64,000 nt of DNA from a virus, in IMG/VR virus record IMGVR_UViG_3300021960_000018. One strand, written 5' to 3'. This document shows positions 7,914 to 19,258 of this stretch, in pieces. The first letter of the stretch is position 1, and every line of letters starts with the position of its first letter. The notes under the pieces are model-generated. The model was given only the letters and a program-made list of their open reading frames with translations, made no database searches and had not been told where the DNA came from. The translations under genes were made by a program, and so were the position numbers.

Positions 7914-9541
7914 TATGCTCCTGCTCCGTATAGTGTTTTAACAGCAGATCCTGCTGAGTTATATATGACAAGCGTTACTGCACTTTGCAACATTGCTTGA
8001 TTGACCTGAACCTCGGAAACTTGCCCTCCGGCACTCGTTGAACCAAGAACCCGGTTGGCTGTTGCCACATTTTGCATACGGTTATATGTTACTGCATCAA
8101 ATGCAATCTTATCCGTAGTAACAGCCGAATCGGCCAATTTAAGATTAGATACGATGCCATCTGGGAGAATAGAAGGCGAAGCTTGAACCCATTGGGAGGT
8201 ATCACTATCTTGGAAGTAAATGTAAAGATCCCCAGCTGAATCATCCCACCAAAGCGCGCCAGAAGAAGGAGATGCAGGCGGGGTAGTACCAGTAGGAACA
8301 GCAGCCGAAGCCGCGATTGTAACTGTATCAGTAGTTGCATTCGTTGTAAGAGTAACACCAGCCCCAGCAGCTAATGTTAAGGTGTCATCATTTGTATCTG
8401 CTACAATAGTTGATTGACCGCTAACTGCAATATTTTTAAAGATATTCTGCGAAGAACCTTTATCGGTGTTAGTAATAGTGATATCACTATCAAGCGGATT
8501 GTTAATGCTAAACGTTGCACTTCCGCTAATACCGGATCCAGCAAATACCTTAATTGTACTATTATACACGGTTGGGATCGTTGGCGTATTCGAGAAGTTA
8601 TTATAATTTAAATAATAAGATCCAGCTTGTCCGCCTAATGTATCAGCATCCACTCCGCTTAGAGTATTAATAAACGAAGCATTAACTCTTAAATCGATAT
8701 CGCTATCGACTCTTGATTTCAAATAATATAGATTAGTTCCTTCGGATAAATCGGTAGTACTAGATGCGGCGATTGCTACTCCGAAATCAGAATCAAATCC
8801 TAAATAAATTCCAGATAGATTTCCTGCAGTTAATGTTCCGGCAATCGTAACATTGCCAGAGCCATCTTTTGATACAAGAGTACCAGAAGTTGGCAAAGTA
8901 ACTGAAGTATTTCCTGATGTAGTTAAAGTAGTTGTATGTGCACCAGAAGTAGTGAATGCACCTCCAAGAGTTAACCCGCCCCCAAGTGTAATTGTCTTAT
9001 CGCCATTTTTAATATCGAATGTTAATAGTCTATCTTGGGTAAGAGCAGTTGTACTAGTCGATGCGAATCTTGTATCATAACTTGTAGTTGTAGTATCTCT
9101 AAGACCGAACGTAGAAATCTTAGTAAGAGATGCAGGTCCAGTAATAGTAGGACCAGTAATAGTAGGAGACGTTAGTGTTTTATTAGTAAGAGTTTGAGTA
9201 GCACCAATACCCACAAGAGTTTCACCAGAAACGGCGGCATTAATCTGGTTAAATGTCGAAACTAAAGTGTTATTTGATAGGTTAATGGTTTTATTCGTTA
9301 AGGTTTGGGTAGAAGTTAGATATGCAACTTTTGAAGAATCTACATTGATGGTAGCAGTAGCTTCATGAGAACCACTACCGGTTACTATAATACCATTACC
9401 GTGAATAACCCCAGCTAAGTATGGCCCGCTAGTACCGGAGTCTAGCGGGATTACCGATGCATCGATGATATTTGTAACCGTAGCAGAATCTAGACCTTGA
9501 GCTAGAGACGTGCTTAAGAAACTGCTTAGTTTAACTACCAT
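7913..9541 (-). CDS. tail fibre/virion structural protein
   Basis: TQTLTNKT repeats, [12 protein letters not shown] module, PxSPxxGxLWWD module; Ser/Thr/Gly rich. Confidence 0.8.
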   Translation of the reverse strand: MVVKLSSFLSTSLAQGLDSATVTNIIDASVIPLDSGTSGPYLAGVIHGNGIIVTGSGSHEATATINVDSSKVAYLTSTQTLTNKTINLSNNTLVSTFNQINAAVSGETLVGIGATQTLTNKTLTSPTITGPTITGPASLTKISTFGLRDTTTTSYDTRFASTSTTALTQDRLLTFDIKNGDKTITLGGGLTLGGAFTTSGAHTTTLTTSGNTSVTLPTSGTLVSKDGSGNVTIAGTLTAGNLSGIYLGFDSDFGVAIAASSTTDLSEGTNLYYLKSRVDSDIDLRVNASFINTLSGVDADTLGGQAGSYYLNYNNFSNTPTIPTVYNSTIKVFAGSGISGSATFSINNPLDSDITITNTDKGSSQNIFKNIAVSGQSTIVADTNDDTLTLAAGAGVTLTTNATTDTVTIAASAAVPTGTTPPASPSSGALWWDDSAGDLYIYFQDSDTSQWVQASPSILPDGIVSNLKLADSAVTTDKIAFDAVTYNRMQNVATANRVLGSTSAGGQVSEVQVNQAMLQSAVTLVIYNSAGSAVKTLYGAGA

Positions 9542-9555
9542 TCTTTATTCTTTCT

Positions 9556-12468
9556 TTATGCCTGAGCTTCAGACCATCTTAACATTGTTGACACCCGAGC
9601 GTTACCTGTAGTAGTTCTAATATTAATAGCTAGAATGTCAGGACCATCTGGGAATTTAAAGTCACCTCCCAATGGTGCGCCCGTAAGTTCTTTTAGATCG
9701 GTAAGAGGAAGCGTTTCAGAAATAGATCCCGTATCTGCACATGGGAACACCGCACCGAAGATCTGTTCACCGGGTAGAGCATATGTTCCAGTTGAATATG
9801 TAACCGATGTGGCAATCTGAGCAAAGCTAGGCTGTCCACCATCCGCTTGGGATGTTAAGCTTTGCCACGTTGCTGATACATAATTCCTTGGATTTAGAAT
9901 GCCTTCAACGATAATAGCACCTGAAGAAGTACCGTTCGCTCCGGCAATTGTAATAGCCTGTAGCAATAGTTGTGATCTATTCAAAAGCTGTTTAGCCCCC
10001 AGTCGTCCAACTAGCCCGTTATCAACAGAAGGAGCCAAACGAATTAAGAACTGAGTTAGTTTAGTTGTAGTTGTATAGATATGTTCACGTTGAAAGTTAA
10101 ACATATAACCACGATCATATGTAAATCCACCATCCATCATTAAAGCTGAACCCCAGTGAGTTAGGGTCGGCGAACAGGTATTGGAAACCTCTAATACCCC
10201 GGTTCCAGATGTATGAGGAACTGCCGAACCCGCGGTTAGGTTATTAGTAGAACCCTGTTGATATTGTACTAATGTACCGGCTCGAGTACACCCAGTAAAG
10301 TTACCGGGCCCGTCAGTAGCAGATCTCCCGGTATAATTGATAATTTCGTTGTCAATATATAAGGTACCGGTGTCCGTAAATTCCTGAAGATCTGCACATG
10401 GAATTGTCGTAGCAGATGAATCGATATTAGAAGTTAAGTAAGTTAAAGGCGCATCATTGTCAATAGAGTAACGAACCGGAAGGTTGCCGGATCTCATATA
10501 GGCTTCATTATTTACGTTGTTATTTTTAATTCTATGGACATATACCCACTTACCATCAGAACCGCGAACCATAAAGTGAATAAAGCCTGCACCATACCAA
10601 GAATATTCAATGCCGACCATCTGCATTTTATTAAAGTTCCAGTTATATCCGGAAGGGCCTGTACCATCGCATTTGTCAAGGTTCCACTTCACTTGCGGAA
10701 TTCTTCTTTCAGTAATCGCCTGCGCACGCACGCCTGAAGCAGTAATACCTCTATAGTCTGGAGAAATATAAATCTGGGTATTACTTACTACTTGTGTAAC
10801 AAAGTGGGTCATACCTCTGATAATAATTCTTTCACCGGCATGGAGTTGTTCCGAGAATCTGGTATTGGTGCCAGTAATTGACTGACTATTCTGAGTGACC
10901 GCCAAAGTACCGGAAATATTATTAGTTGATGTACGAGAAACGCAGAACATTTGGTTGCCGTCAAATTCGAAGAACACGCCGTTTTGGTCATCGAATAATC
11001 CACCACGAACCGCAGCACCAATCCAAGATTTTACGTAAACCGAGGATCTTGCCGCAAGAACTGCAGTTGTATCGCCTAATGCTCCAGTAGCTAAAACTTT
11101 AAATGTATAGTCGTCTACAATACTATCAACGGTATATTGGCCTTCATATCCACTAGTTAATACCCCAGAAAGTTGAACGACGGCGCCGGGCTGAAGGCCG
11201 TGATCAATATCGTCGGTTTTAACAGTAATTTCTGATCCTGAAGTAGTTCCGGATGCCGTAATGCTTTGGATATCATAGTTCGGTGCAAATAATGTACCCG
11301 AAGACCAAAGGAAACCTTTACCAGATTGATATCTGAAATACCGTTTGGTTTGACGGACCACCTGAGCCGCATATGTTGGGGTTTTTGTAGAAAGAATAAC
11401 ACCACCATCAGCAGGTCTATGAACAATAGTAGAGTTAGAAAGTGCATAGAAAGTGGCATTAGAAGGAGAAGTAACTGAAGCACCCGGTCTTGCAGTATAC
11501 GTCAATGAAGTTAAACTAGGGGTAGATTTAATAAAGAATGGACCAGAGGCATATGATACATTTGTACCAGAAGCGATATCAACGTGGATATTTGTTCCTG
11601 GAATTAGACCATGAGGGGCAGAAAAGTTAACCGTAATTACAGATGGATCAGAACCATCTGATGAAACGCTGCTTACGGGAATACTCGCATTTTCATATAA
11701 AGCCCCTAATTTTACTAGAGTTTCTTCTGTATATAATGATTGACCACTGGCTGTACCTACTAAGCCACGAGCAAAATAACTAAGGCTAGTAGAAGACGGA
11801 ACAGCATAGATAATAAAACTACCATCGGCACGAGAGAATCCTGACGTACCGGCATTTAATCCGGATACGTTTACTACATTACCAACTGAAAGACCGTGGC
11901 TTGTTGTGAATGTAACAGTAATAACACTATTTGTAGTAGAAGTAGTCTGATAATCTGTTGTCATAGTGCTAACAACTAGATCAACACCCGGTAATTCATA
12001 TACTGATGGATAACCTTTCACAGTACCATAACCAGCCCATTTAGTAGGTTGCAGGCCATATTCAAAGTCAGCATCGATCATTGCCTGTGGATTAGATACC
12101 CGCATACGTTCAATAGCGTCTGTACCAAATGCCCATGGTCTAATTGTTTGCCCGTAATCTTCTTGATCTTCAACATAAATTTGTAGTTTATCAGTTGAAC
12201 TCATTGCAGAAGCATTATACTGCAAAGTAAATGTGGTATAACCATCATGAGCCTGAGTAATCCTAGGGAAGTTAGTACCATCAGCTTCTGTAAATACGGC
12301 AGTAGTTCCGGCAAATGAAGCATCTGCAAAGTTATATAAAACAACATTATCGGTTACGTTAGTAATCAAAAGAAGTTTATCTAAAGTATATCGACCAGGA
12401 ACTTCAATTGTTGCAGATCCAGCAACTCCCGGTGTAAAATAATATTCTCTAATAAGCTTTTTAGCCAT
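9556..12468 (-). CDS. large virion structural/fibre-associated protein
   Basis: MAKKLI...LLLITNVTDNVVLYNFAD N-terminus, IDADFEYGLQPTKW, repeated HGLxxG beta modules, YSWYGAG; style typical of marine T4-like virion proteins. Confidence 0.75.
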   Translation of the reverse strand: MAKKLIREYYFTPGVAGSATIEVPGRYTLDKLLLITNVTDNVVLYNFADASFAGTTAVFTEADGTNFPRITQAHDGYTTFTLQYNASAMSSTDKLQIYVEDQEDYGQTIRPWAFGTDAIERMRVSNPQAMIDADFEYGLQPTKWAGYGTVKGYPSVYELPGVDLVVSTMTTDYQTTSTTNSVITVTFTTSHGLSVGNVVNVSGLNAGTSGFSRADGSFIIYAVPSSTSLSYFARGLVGTASGQSLYTEETLVKLGALYENASIPVSSVSSDGSDPSVITVNFSAPHGLIPGTNIHVDIASGTNVSYASGPFFIKSTPSLTSLTYTARPGASVTSPSNATFYALSNSTIVHRPADGGVILSTKTPTYAAQVVRQTKRYFRYQSGKGFLWSSGTLFAPNYDIQSITASGTTSGSEITVKTDDIDHGLQPGAVVQLSGVLTSGYEGQYTVDSIVDDYTFKVLATGALGDTTAVLAARSSVYVKSWIGAAVRGGLFDDQNGVFFEFDGNQMFCVSRTSTNNISGTLAVTQNSQSITGTNTRFSEQLHAGERIIIRGMTHFVTQVVSNTQIYISPDYRGITASGVRAQAITERRIPQVKWNLDKCDGTGPSGYNWNFNKMQMVGIEYSWYGAGFIHFMVRGSDGKWVYVHRIKNNNVNNEAYMRSGNLPVRYSIDNDAPLTYLTSNIDSSATTIPCADLQEFTDTGTLYIDNEIINYTGRSATDGPGNFTGCTRAGTLVQYQQGSTNNLTAGSAVPHTSGTGVLEVSNTCSPTLTHWGSALMMDGGFTYDRGYMFNFQREHIYTTTTKLTQFLIRLAPSVDNGLVGRLGAKQLLNRSQLLLQAITIAGANGTSSGAIIVEGILNPRNYVSATWQSLTSQADGGQPSFAQIATSVTYSTGTYALPGEQIFGAVFPCADTGSISETLPLTDLKELTGAPLGGDFKFPDGPDILAINIRTTTGNARVSTMLRWSEAQA

Positions 12469-12478
12469 TATAAATTTC

Positions 12479-15400
12479 CTATCCTAGTGCAATTGCATAT
12501 GCGATTGATTGTGTTTGTGTTGCAAAACTAGCAACGTCTGCTGAATCACCTTTTAATCCCTGTGGTCCTCTTTGACCGATAGATGAGTAAATGTTCCATG
12601 TGTTATTTATGTAGATAAATTCAACTATACTTTGTCCCAAATCTAATTCAAAGTTATCAGAATATCCTTCGATCGTCGAACCGTTACGATTAACTAAGAC
12701 CGTATTAGCGCCACTCCAGTTAGATACATCGATTAATTTAACATAATCCCCCGTTGTAGGATTAATAGGCAAGGTACATTGTACCTGCCCGTTCGTTGTA
12801 TTTACTGCATATCTACCAGCTGAAACAGCAGTGAAATCGGAATCATATACGGTATAATTCGTCGAGAATACTCGGAAGTCAGAATCGAAGCCAAGATATT
12901 GACCGCGTAGCCTACCAAAGTTCCAAGTAGGAAGATTCCAACCAGGTCCTCCAATATTAATAGTAGTTGCAGGTGGGGAACTATCTAAGGTGTCCTGAAT
13001 CAATCCATCAAAGACATACCATTCACCGTTTGTAGCATCACGAATAAAACCAGTGTGACGGGATGTTGTACCACCATCATCAGAGTAGTGACCAATAATA
13101 CCGATATCCACTACGTCGTCAGTATTACTATCTGCAACGTGAATGAATGAGCTATTAACAGAAAGCGTAGACTGTGATACAGTTGTTTGAGTACCAGCAA
13201 CGTAAAGGTCGCCTTCGATAACCACGTTATTCAGAACAGTCATACCGCTGAATTGGACGGAGTCGTTGGTGCCTACTGCTTGCCCAATGCTAATTTGACC
13301 GTTAGTAAGTGTTACGCCCGTACCCGCGCTGAAGTGCGACCGCACCTCCGCCGCGCTCGGGCCCGTATACGTAAGAACGCCAGTAGTAGCATTATATGTA
13401 ATAGAACCGTCACCACCATTATCACTTATGCTAATTGCATGACGAGCAGTAGATGTTGTGGTAGCAGAGTCGTAATACTTATTAGTAGAACCTTGTGGAA
13501 GATCGTCAGTAGTCGAAGCACCAAGATCAGAATCAAATCTTGCTGTAGTATAATACTTATTTGTGCCTTCTGCAAGAGCAGTAGTAGTGTGGTTAGCAAT
13601 GCTAGAAACGGTGCCAGTTACGCCCCCGATAAACTTACCAGTGCCATTTGTACCTGCTGTGATATTATTTGCAACAACGATATCCTGTGCTCTGATAGTC
13701 TTATCAACACCTAGACCCCCGACCAGCGTAACCGATGCCGAGGTTTTTGTGGTTGCTTCAGTTGAAGATTTAAATGAAGTATTACCAGTATTTGCTGCGA
13801 TTGTAAGAAGATCGTCACCTGTGGTTAAACCAATAGGGCTGGTGCCCATATTTTTTCTAAATGCAAATCCAGTTGCAGCAGCTTGAGTACCAAATACGAA
13901 TTGAGAATTAGGAGTAACTCCGATAGCATGCGTATATTTGTTATGAACACCGATACCAATAATAGAGGCTGTGGTAGAATCTTGAGATACAAATTCAAAT
14001 AAGGTTTCAGTACTATCTCCTAGACTTCTATCATGATTGAATGAAAGTCCGCCGTATTGCTGACCGTAAATAGGAGAACTATCTACAGTAACCGAATTAA
14101 ACGTAACATCCGCAGTTGTTCCAACATCCTGTCCAATTGCGATCTGGCCTGAAGTAATTGTAACACCGGTTCCTTGGGAGAAGTGGGCTCTGACTTCTGA
14201 AGCGGAAGGTCCAGTATAGGTAATAACACCAGTTCCGGAATTATAGGCGAGAGATCCATCCCCGCCAGCATCTGTTACCGAAATAGCAGATCTTGCTCTG
14301 GCATTAGTAAAGTATTGGTTTGTACCTTCAGCTAAATTTGTAGTAGTATTATCGGCAAAATCAGAATCGAATCTTGCTGTAGTATAATACTTATTTGTTT
14401 CACCTTCAAGAATATCATCTGTATCAGGAATATGATCTTGTCTAACAAAGATAGAACCATTAATCCCATCTTTTTTAGTAACAACAGCAATTTGTTGAAC
14501 GTGATTTCCAACGGAGGGCTTAACGTTGGTTAAAGCGCCTTTAGTCGAAGTATGCATATAGAGGAAATCGCCTTCATTAAATGCAGACGTATCAATACCT
14601 CTAACTTTACCGTAGATAGTAATATATCCAGCTTCATCTGAATTAAAATCTTGAGTAGTAATACCCAAAATCTTTTCAGGGTCAAATCCTACAGAATTAG
14701 GATCACACTTAGAAATCCAAATAGTATCAAATCCGGCACTATCGAACATAACCAACGAACCGTCTGGAATGATTTCAGTCGATTTAACATACATATGTTG
14801 TTCTTGGCCAACTTGCAGGGTAACACCTGTTCCTGCATAAGCTAAGTCAACCGTATGATCAACGTTATTCCAACTAAAGGTCGCATTGTTACCTAGTCCG
14901 ATAGCTGTTAAATGACCGTCACCGATATCGGAATCCGCTCTGGATCTATAATAAAATTTATTAATTGAACCTTCAGAGAAGTCATCAGTTGTATTAGGTC
15001 TTCCTGTGATATTAGACCATGCTACTGAACCGATAAATTCTGAAGCTTGTACTGGGGCAAGAGTATATCCTGTAGCACTTGTATTAACATAGGTGCTATC
15101 GATAAACTGTTGAGTTGAACCTTTAAAGAATTTCCAACGACCGTCTGTAGCATCATGGAATACACCAGAGTTTAGTGTTTGCCCGCCTGAGTAATAGCTA
15201 CCAATAAGACCCACGTCAACGTATGTTGTCGCACTATCGTTAAGAATAATAAGTGGGCTGGCAGTAGAAACCGAAGCAACGTTATTAACGGTTTGCGTTC
15301 CAGTAACCGTTAGGTTTTCAACCGTGACCGAAGCAAAGTTTACGCTGTCTTTATTATAAAGGTTCGTCCAATTAAGTAAACCGTCAAATTCCCCAGCTTT

Positions 15401-16975
15401 CAGCGTTGGGAGATTAAAGCTAATGTGGTTCGTATTGATCGTGCTACCAATAGCCTGATTATATCCATCAAATACTGTAATAGCTTCTGTAGAAGCATCT
15501 CTGAAAATACCAGCAAATAAACTATCGGCATCATAATAGTTAAAGAAAATACCTACGTCAATAGCATCACTTGGGTTACCATCGGCAAGGAAGATCTTCG
15601 AATCAGAGACGGTCAGCGTTGCTTGGTTAACGGTCGTCGTAGTACCTTGAACATTAAGATTACCCGTAATATCAGCATTAGTAGCAGAAAGATCCCCACT
15701 TATACTAATATCAACAACAGTACCACCAGATAGAAGTGATCTAACAGAGCTATCTTTATAGTAAAGATTGGTAGAACCTTCGCTTAAATTATCTGTTGAC
15801 TTTGTAGCTAATCTATTATCAAAATCGGTATTCTTATAAGTTGTAACACTGAATTGACCTGTAGAAGAATCATAAGAAATATCACCTGTTACTGAGAATA
15901 GGTTTCGTACTTGTTGATTCGTTCTTTGGGTAAAGCTAAATTGCCCAGTAGAAGAATCATATGCAAGATCCCCGGAAACTGAGAATAGATCCCGCACACC
16001 TTGATCCGTCCGCCCAGTATAGGAGAACTGACCGGTGGCAGAATCATATGCAAGATCGCCTGCAACGCTAAAGATATTTCTTATATTAGCACTATCAAGG
16101 ACGTTTGGTGTATTTGTAAAATTGGTATAATCTAAGTAATATCCGGGAGAAGCACTATCAAGAGTAATAGCATTAACTCCGAGACCATTAATAAATCCAG
16201 ATGTTACACGATTATCAATTGCAGTATATGCACGGTTATCAGTAAAGTAAAGATTCGTAGAACCTTCACCTAAACTATCAGTAGTAGCAACACCAAAACG
16301 AGTATTAAAATCAGAATCGAATTCTGACTTAGTATAATAATCCGTATTATAACTAAATGTACCAGTAGAGGAATCATAAGAAAGATCCCCGCCAGCATTG
16401 AATAACGCCCTGACCTGAGTATCGGTTCTCTCAGTATAAGAAAATACGCCAGTTGCCTGATTATAACTTAATGAGCCAGAAGCACCGAATAATGCTCTAA
16501 CTTCAGAGTCTGTAATTTCAGGGGTTTCTGTAAAGCTAAACTGACCAGTAGCAGAATCATATAAAAGATCACCAGAAACACTAAAGATTGATTTAATGTT
16601 ATCAGAATCTAAATTTTGTCCTGCTGGAACGTTAGTTAGATTATTATAATCTAAATAATAAGAACCTAACTGACCATTTAACGTTTTTGCGTCAATGTGT
16701 TTATTATTTAAATAGCTTGAATCAATAAGGGAATACACTTCCGCAGGAGTAGTATAAGCACTATCTGCATATGCAAGAATACCACTCTGAAGATTGGCTC
16801 CGATGATTGCAACACGATCAGAGTCAATAAAATGTTTAATTTGGTTGGAAGAGTTTTTATAATAGAGTCTACCATCGGCATAGTTAAGAGCAACTTCACC
16901 GTAATCAAGATCTCCTACTGCCGGCGCATTAGAAGATACCGAAGATTTTTTAAGTATAATCTTAGTTGTAGACAT
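12479..16975 (-). CDS. long tail fibre protein
   Basis: Mtd_N-like N-terminus (IILKKSS...GEVALNYADG); repeated YDSxTGQFS and TDxLxEGxxNxYYT modules; C-terminal TLPxNPTTGD domain and AYAIALG end. Confidence 0.82.
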   Translation of the reverse strand: MSTTKIILKKSSVSSNAPAVGDLDYGEVALNYADGRLYYKNSSNQIKHFIDSDRVAIIGANLQSGILAYADSAYTTPAEVYSLIDSSYLNNKHIDAKTLNGQLGSYYLDYNNLTNVPAGQNLDSDNIKSIFSVSGDLLYDSATGQFSFTETPEITDSEVRALFGASGSLSYNQATGVFSYTERTDTQVRALFNAGGDLSYDSSTGTFSYNTDYYTKSEFDSDFNTRFGVATTDSLGEGSTNLYFTDNRAYTAIDNRVTSGFINGLGVNAITLDSASPGYYLDYTNFTNTPNVLDSANIRNIFSVAGDLAYDSATGQFSYTGRTDQGVRDLFSVSGDLAYDSSTGQFSFTQRTNQQVRNLFSVTGDISYDSSTGQFSVTTYKNTDFDNRLATKSTDNLSEGSTNLYYKDSSVRSLLSGGTVVDISISGDLSATNADITGNLNVQGTTTTVNQATLTVSDSKIFLADGNPSDAIDVGIFFNYYDADSLFAGIFRDASTEAITVFDGYNQAIGSTINTNHISFNLPTLKAGEFDGLLNWTNLYNKDSVNFASVTVENLTVTGTQTVNNVASVSTASPLIILNDSATTYVDVGLIGSYYSGGQTLNSGVFHDATDGRWKFFKGSTQQFIDSTYVNTSATGYTLAPVQASEFIGSVAWSNITGRPNTTDDFSEGSINKFYYRSRADSDIGDGHLTAIGLGNNATFSWNNVDHTVDLAYAGTGVTLQVGQEQHMYVKSTEIIPDGSLVMFDSAGFDTIWISKCDPNSVGFDPEKILGITTQDFNSDEAGYITIYGKVRGIDTSAFNEGDFLYMHTSTKGALTNVKPSVGNHVQQIAVVTKKDGINGSIFVRQDHIPDTDDILEGETNKYYTTARFDSDFADNTTTNLAEGTNQYFTNARARSAISVTDAGGDGSLAYNSGTGVITYTGPSASEVRAHFSQGTGVTITSGQIAIGQDVGTTADVTFNSVTVDSSPIYGQQYGGLSFNHDRSLGDSTETLFEFVSQDSTTASIIGIGVHNKYTHAIGVTPNSQFVFGTQAAATGFAFRKNMGTSPIGLTTGDDLLTIAANTGNTSFKSSTEATTKTSASVTLVGGLGVDKTIRAQDIVVANNITAGTNGTGKFIGGVTGTVSSIANHTTTALAEGTNKYYTTARFDSDLGASTTDDLPQGSTNKYYDSATTTSTARHAISISDNGGDGSITYNATTGVLTYTGPSAAEVRSHFSAGTGVTLTNGQISIGQAVGTNDSVQFSGMTVLNNVVIEGDLYVAGTQTTVSQSTLSVNSSFIHVADSNTDDVVDIGIIGHYSDDGGTTSRHTGFIRDATNGEWYVFDGLIQDTLDSSPPATTINIGGPGWNLPTWNFGRLRGQYLGFDSDFRVFSTNYTVYDSDFTAVSAGRYAVNTTNGQVQCTLPINPTTGDYVKLIDVSNWSGANTVLVNRNGSTIEGYSDNFELDLGQSIVEFIYINNTWNIYSSIGQRGPQGLKGDSADVASFATQTQSIAYAIALG

Positions 16976-17010
16976 TTATTATATCTTCCTTAAAAAAGGT
17001 ATTAGTTTAA

Positions 17011-17038
17011 AGTCTGGGATATAAAAATATCCCAGACT
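17011..17038 (-). terminator. intergenic hairpin (weak terminator or mRNA stability element)
   Basis: Perfect 12-bp inverted repeat AGTCTGGGATAT-AAAA-ATATCCCAGACT between two fibre genes; only a short U-tract follows. Confidence 0.6.
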
Positions 17039-17047
17039 GTTTATATA

Positions 17048-18646
17048 TTAGTAAGTACCGCCGTCTAAAACTGATACAGTAACAAGACCACCGGTAACTG
17101 TAAACTGATCAGAGTCAAAGTTTGCAACACCCTTATTAGTAACCGAAGCATCTTCGGCTGCAATAGTAAAGGTACGAGAGCCGACGTTATAAGATAGATC
17201 AATGCCTTCGCCCTCGAATAGAGAAGTAGCAATAAGATCCAAAGTAGCATGGCTAAGTTTAGTACCAGAGAAATAAACGGTATTTGTCCCACCGATTGAA
17301 TCAGCAAACTCTAGACCTTTATTGAGATCCCAACGATCTGTAGCGCCATCGTATAGAATGGTAGCTTTAGTGCCAGAGTAGCCAGCACCACCGATCGTAA
17401 TACCGGCACCATCCGCAGCAGCAGCATTTGCAGCAGAATCAGCAAGTACTAGATTTAGATCGTTGATAGAAACTGTTGTCGAGTTAACAGTTGTGGTACT
17501 ACCTTGAACAACTAGATCACCGCGAATAACAAGTTGACCAGCAAAGCCACCGGCAGAATCACCAACTGGAGCTGGGTCAATGTATAGTGAATTAGAAGCT
17601 GAAAGGTTAGAAATAACACTTCCGTCGATCTTGATATCATCAACGATAAGAGAAGTTAATCCGTCAACATCAGTTGTCGCTGCACCTAGGGTTAGGGTAG
17701 AAGAACCTAAGGTGATAGTAGAATTAGCAAGCTGTGCATTCGAAACACCGCCTTCTTTAATTCTAACATGACCGGCAGTTACAATAAAGTCGCTATCTTC
17801 GAAGCTTGCAATACCTTTATTAGAGGTAGTTGCATCTTCACCTGAAATGGTAATAGTTGTGCCTGAAGCAACTGTATTAATACCTTCGCCAGCTGCGATA
17901 GTTAAATCAGAATCAAGGATTGATACTGAACCAGTACCAGTCTCGCCTGCAAGGTTAAGTGTAGTAGCAACGCTAACAGTACTTGCAGCAGTTAAACGAC
18001 CCTGTTGATCAACCGTAAATGTTGGAATAGCAGTTGCAGAACCGTATGAACCTGGAGAAACTGAAGTATTATCAAGATTAATTGTAACAGTATTATTTGT
18101 TACGGCAGATGATAGACCAGTTCCGCCAGTAATTGTAACGGCCGAATCCGCTAGATTAACGGTGTCTGAACCCGTGTCACCATTTACTGTAAAATATGAT
18201 GCACCTGAAACCGCATCAACATAAGCCTTTGTAGCAGCATCTGTAGAAAGGGTTGGAGTTGCAAGATTCTTAATCTGATTGCTGCTAGCATCAATATCGC
18301 CAGTAGGATTAAGAATTAAATCACCAGAAGTAGTACTAATGGTATTACCATTAATATCGACGTTATCAACAATTAACTGATCAATCTTGCTACTACCATC
18401 TGTGATAATAGCACTGTTGGCAGTAAGAGTACCGGGTGTATGATCCGCAAGATTTGCGAAATAGGCACCACCGATAACTTCTACGGTTGTTGCGTTACCC
18501 GAACCATCATCGCCTTTACCAAAGAATAAGCGATCACCGAAGTTAGCTGATGTACCGGTACCGGCTGAGTATGCTAATTCACCGGTTTTAAGCGTTCCTG
18601 GCGCAGCGGTACCGGTAGACCTTTTAATCCTAATAATGGACGCCAT
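17048..18646 (-). CDS. tail fibre protein
   Basis: Mtd_N-like IRIKRSTG...GELAY, DAATKAYVD, GDLVVQGSTTTVNS, ends LDGGTY. Confidence 0.82.
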   Translation of the reverse strand: MASIIRIKRSTGTAAPGTLKTGELAYSAGTGTSANFGDRLFFGKGDDGSGNATTVEVIGGAYFANLADHTPGTLTANSAIITDGSSKIDQLIVDNVDINGNTISTTSGDLILNPTGDIDASSNQIKNLATPTLSTDAATKAYVDAVSGASYFTVNGDTGSDTVNLADSAVTITGGTGLSSAVTNNTVTINLDNTSVSPGSYGSATAIPTFTVDQQGRLTAASTVSVATTLNLAGETGTGSVSILDSDLTIAAGEGINTVASGTTITISGEDATTSNKGIASFEDSDFIVTAGHVRIKEGGVSNAQLANSTITLGSSTLTLGAATTDVDGLTSLIVDDIKIDGSVISNLSASNSLYIDPAPVGDSAGGFAGQLVIRGDLVVQGSTTTVNSTTVSINDLNLVLADSAANAAAADGAGITIGGAGYSGTKATILYDGATDRWDLNKGLEFADSIGGTNTVYFSGTKLSHATLDLIATSLFEGEGIDLSYNVGSRTFTIAAEDASVTNKGVANFDSDQFTVTGGLVTVSVLDGGTY

Positions 18647-18900
18647 TAGTAGCTTCCTCCGTTAATATTTTGATTTTCTAAATCGTTAGAAGCTGTCCAC
18701 TTACTAGTTGAAGAATTATATATTAAAATGCTTCCGTTAATTTTACTTGTCGTATCTACATCACCAAGTGTTTCAATGCCAGCACCCGCAGCATTTACTC
18801 TCCGAATTGGAGTACCAACCTTAATTGTTTTTACAATAGTAGTTTGGTCTGGTACAACTCTTTGAACTAGTGTTTGGTTGCTAGTTACCGTAATCGCCAT
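18646..18900 (-). CDS. small virion/fibre adaptor protein
   Basis: LGDVD...NGSILIYNSSTSKW...INGGSY fibre module. Confidence 0.7.
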   Translation of the reverse strand: MAITVTSNQTLVQRVVPDQTTIVKTIKVGTPIRRVNAAGAGIETLGDVDTTSKINGSILIYNSSTSKWTASNDLENQNINGGSY

Positions 18901-18904
18901 TCTA

Positions 18905-19258
18905 TCACCTCGTTACTGACGGAGTGACTTGGGCTCTACCCTCCAAAATTCTTTCAATAACAGTATTTCCATCACTGTCAAGATATGAAAGTTCCACATC
19001 ATAAACGTACCGACCCGCTTTAAGCAGATCAGTTTGGGTATTATTTAAAGAGATCGTAAGGATTCCGTCTTCTTCTGGTACAGAAATAATAGACGTAAAA
19101 GAAACCGTATCATCACTATCACTAGTGTAGGTTTTCTTTAGCTTTGCGGATACTGAATATCCGGTAAGGTCTTTCTTAGACCCATCCTTATCAACGCAGT
19201 GTATTTCGACTGCCACATCAGACCCTTGGTCGATGGTAAATTCTTCGTACTGGGCCAT
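18905..19258 (-). CDS. conserved T4-like virion protein (fibre-operon first gene)
   Basis: IDQGSD...DLTGYSV...GRYVYDVE...RILEG..VTPSVTR; likely start MAQYEEF at 19258 behind GAAAGG (track start 19309). Confidence 0.75.
   Translation of the reverse strand: MAQYEEFTIDQGSDVAVEIHCVDKDGSKKDLTGYSVSAKLKKTYTSDSDDTVSFTSIISVPEEDGILTISLNNTQTDLLKAGRYVYDVELSYLDSDGNTVIERILEGRAQVTPSVTR

Noticed and set aside
12479-18646. Diversity-generating retroelement suggested by Mtd_N-like fibre N-termini
   Set aside because: No reverse transcriptase and no TR/VR pair with adenine-specific differences seen in the window.
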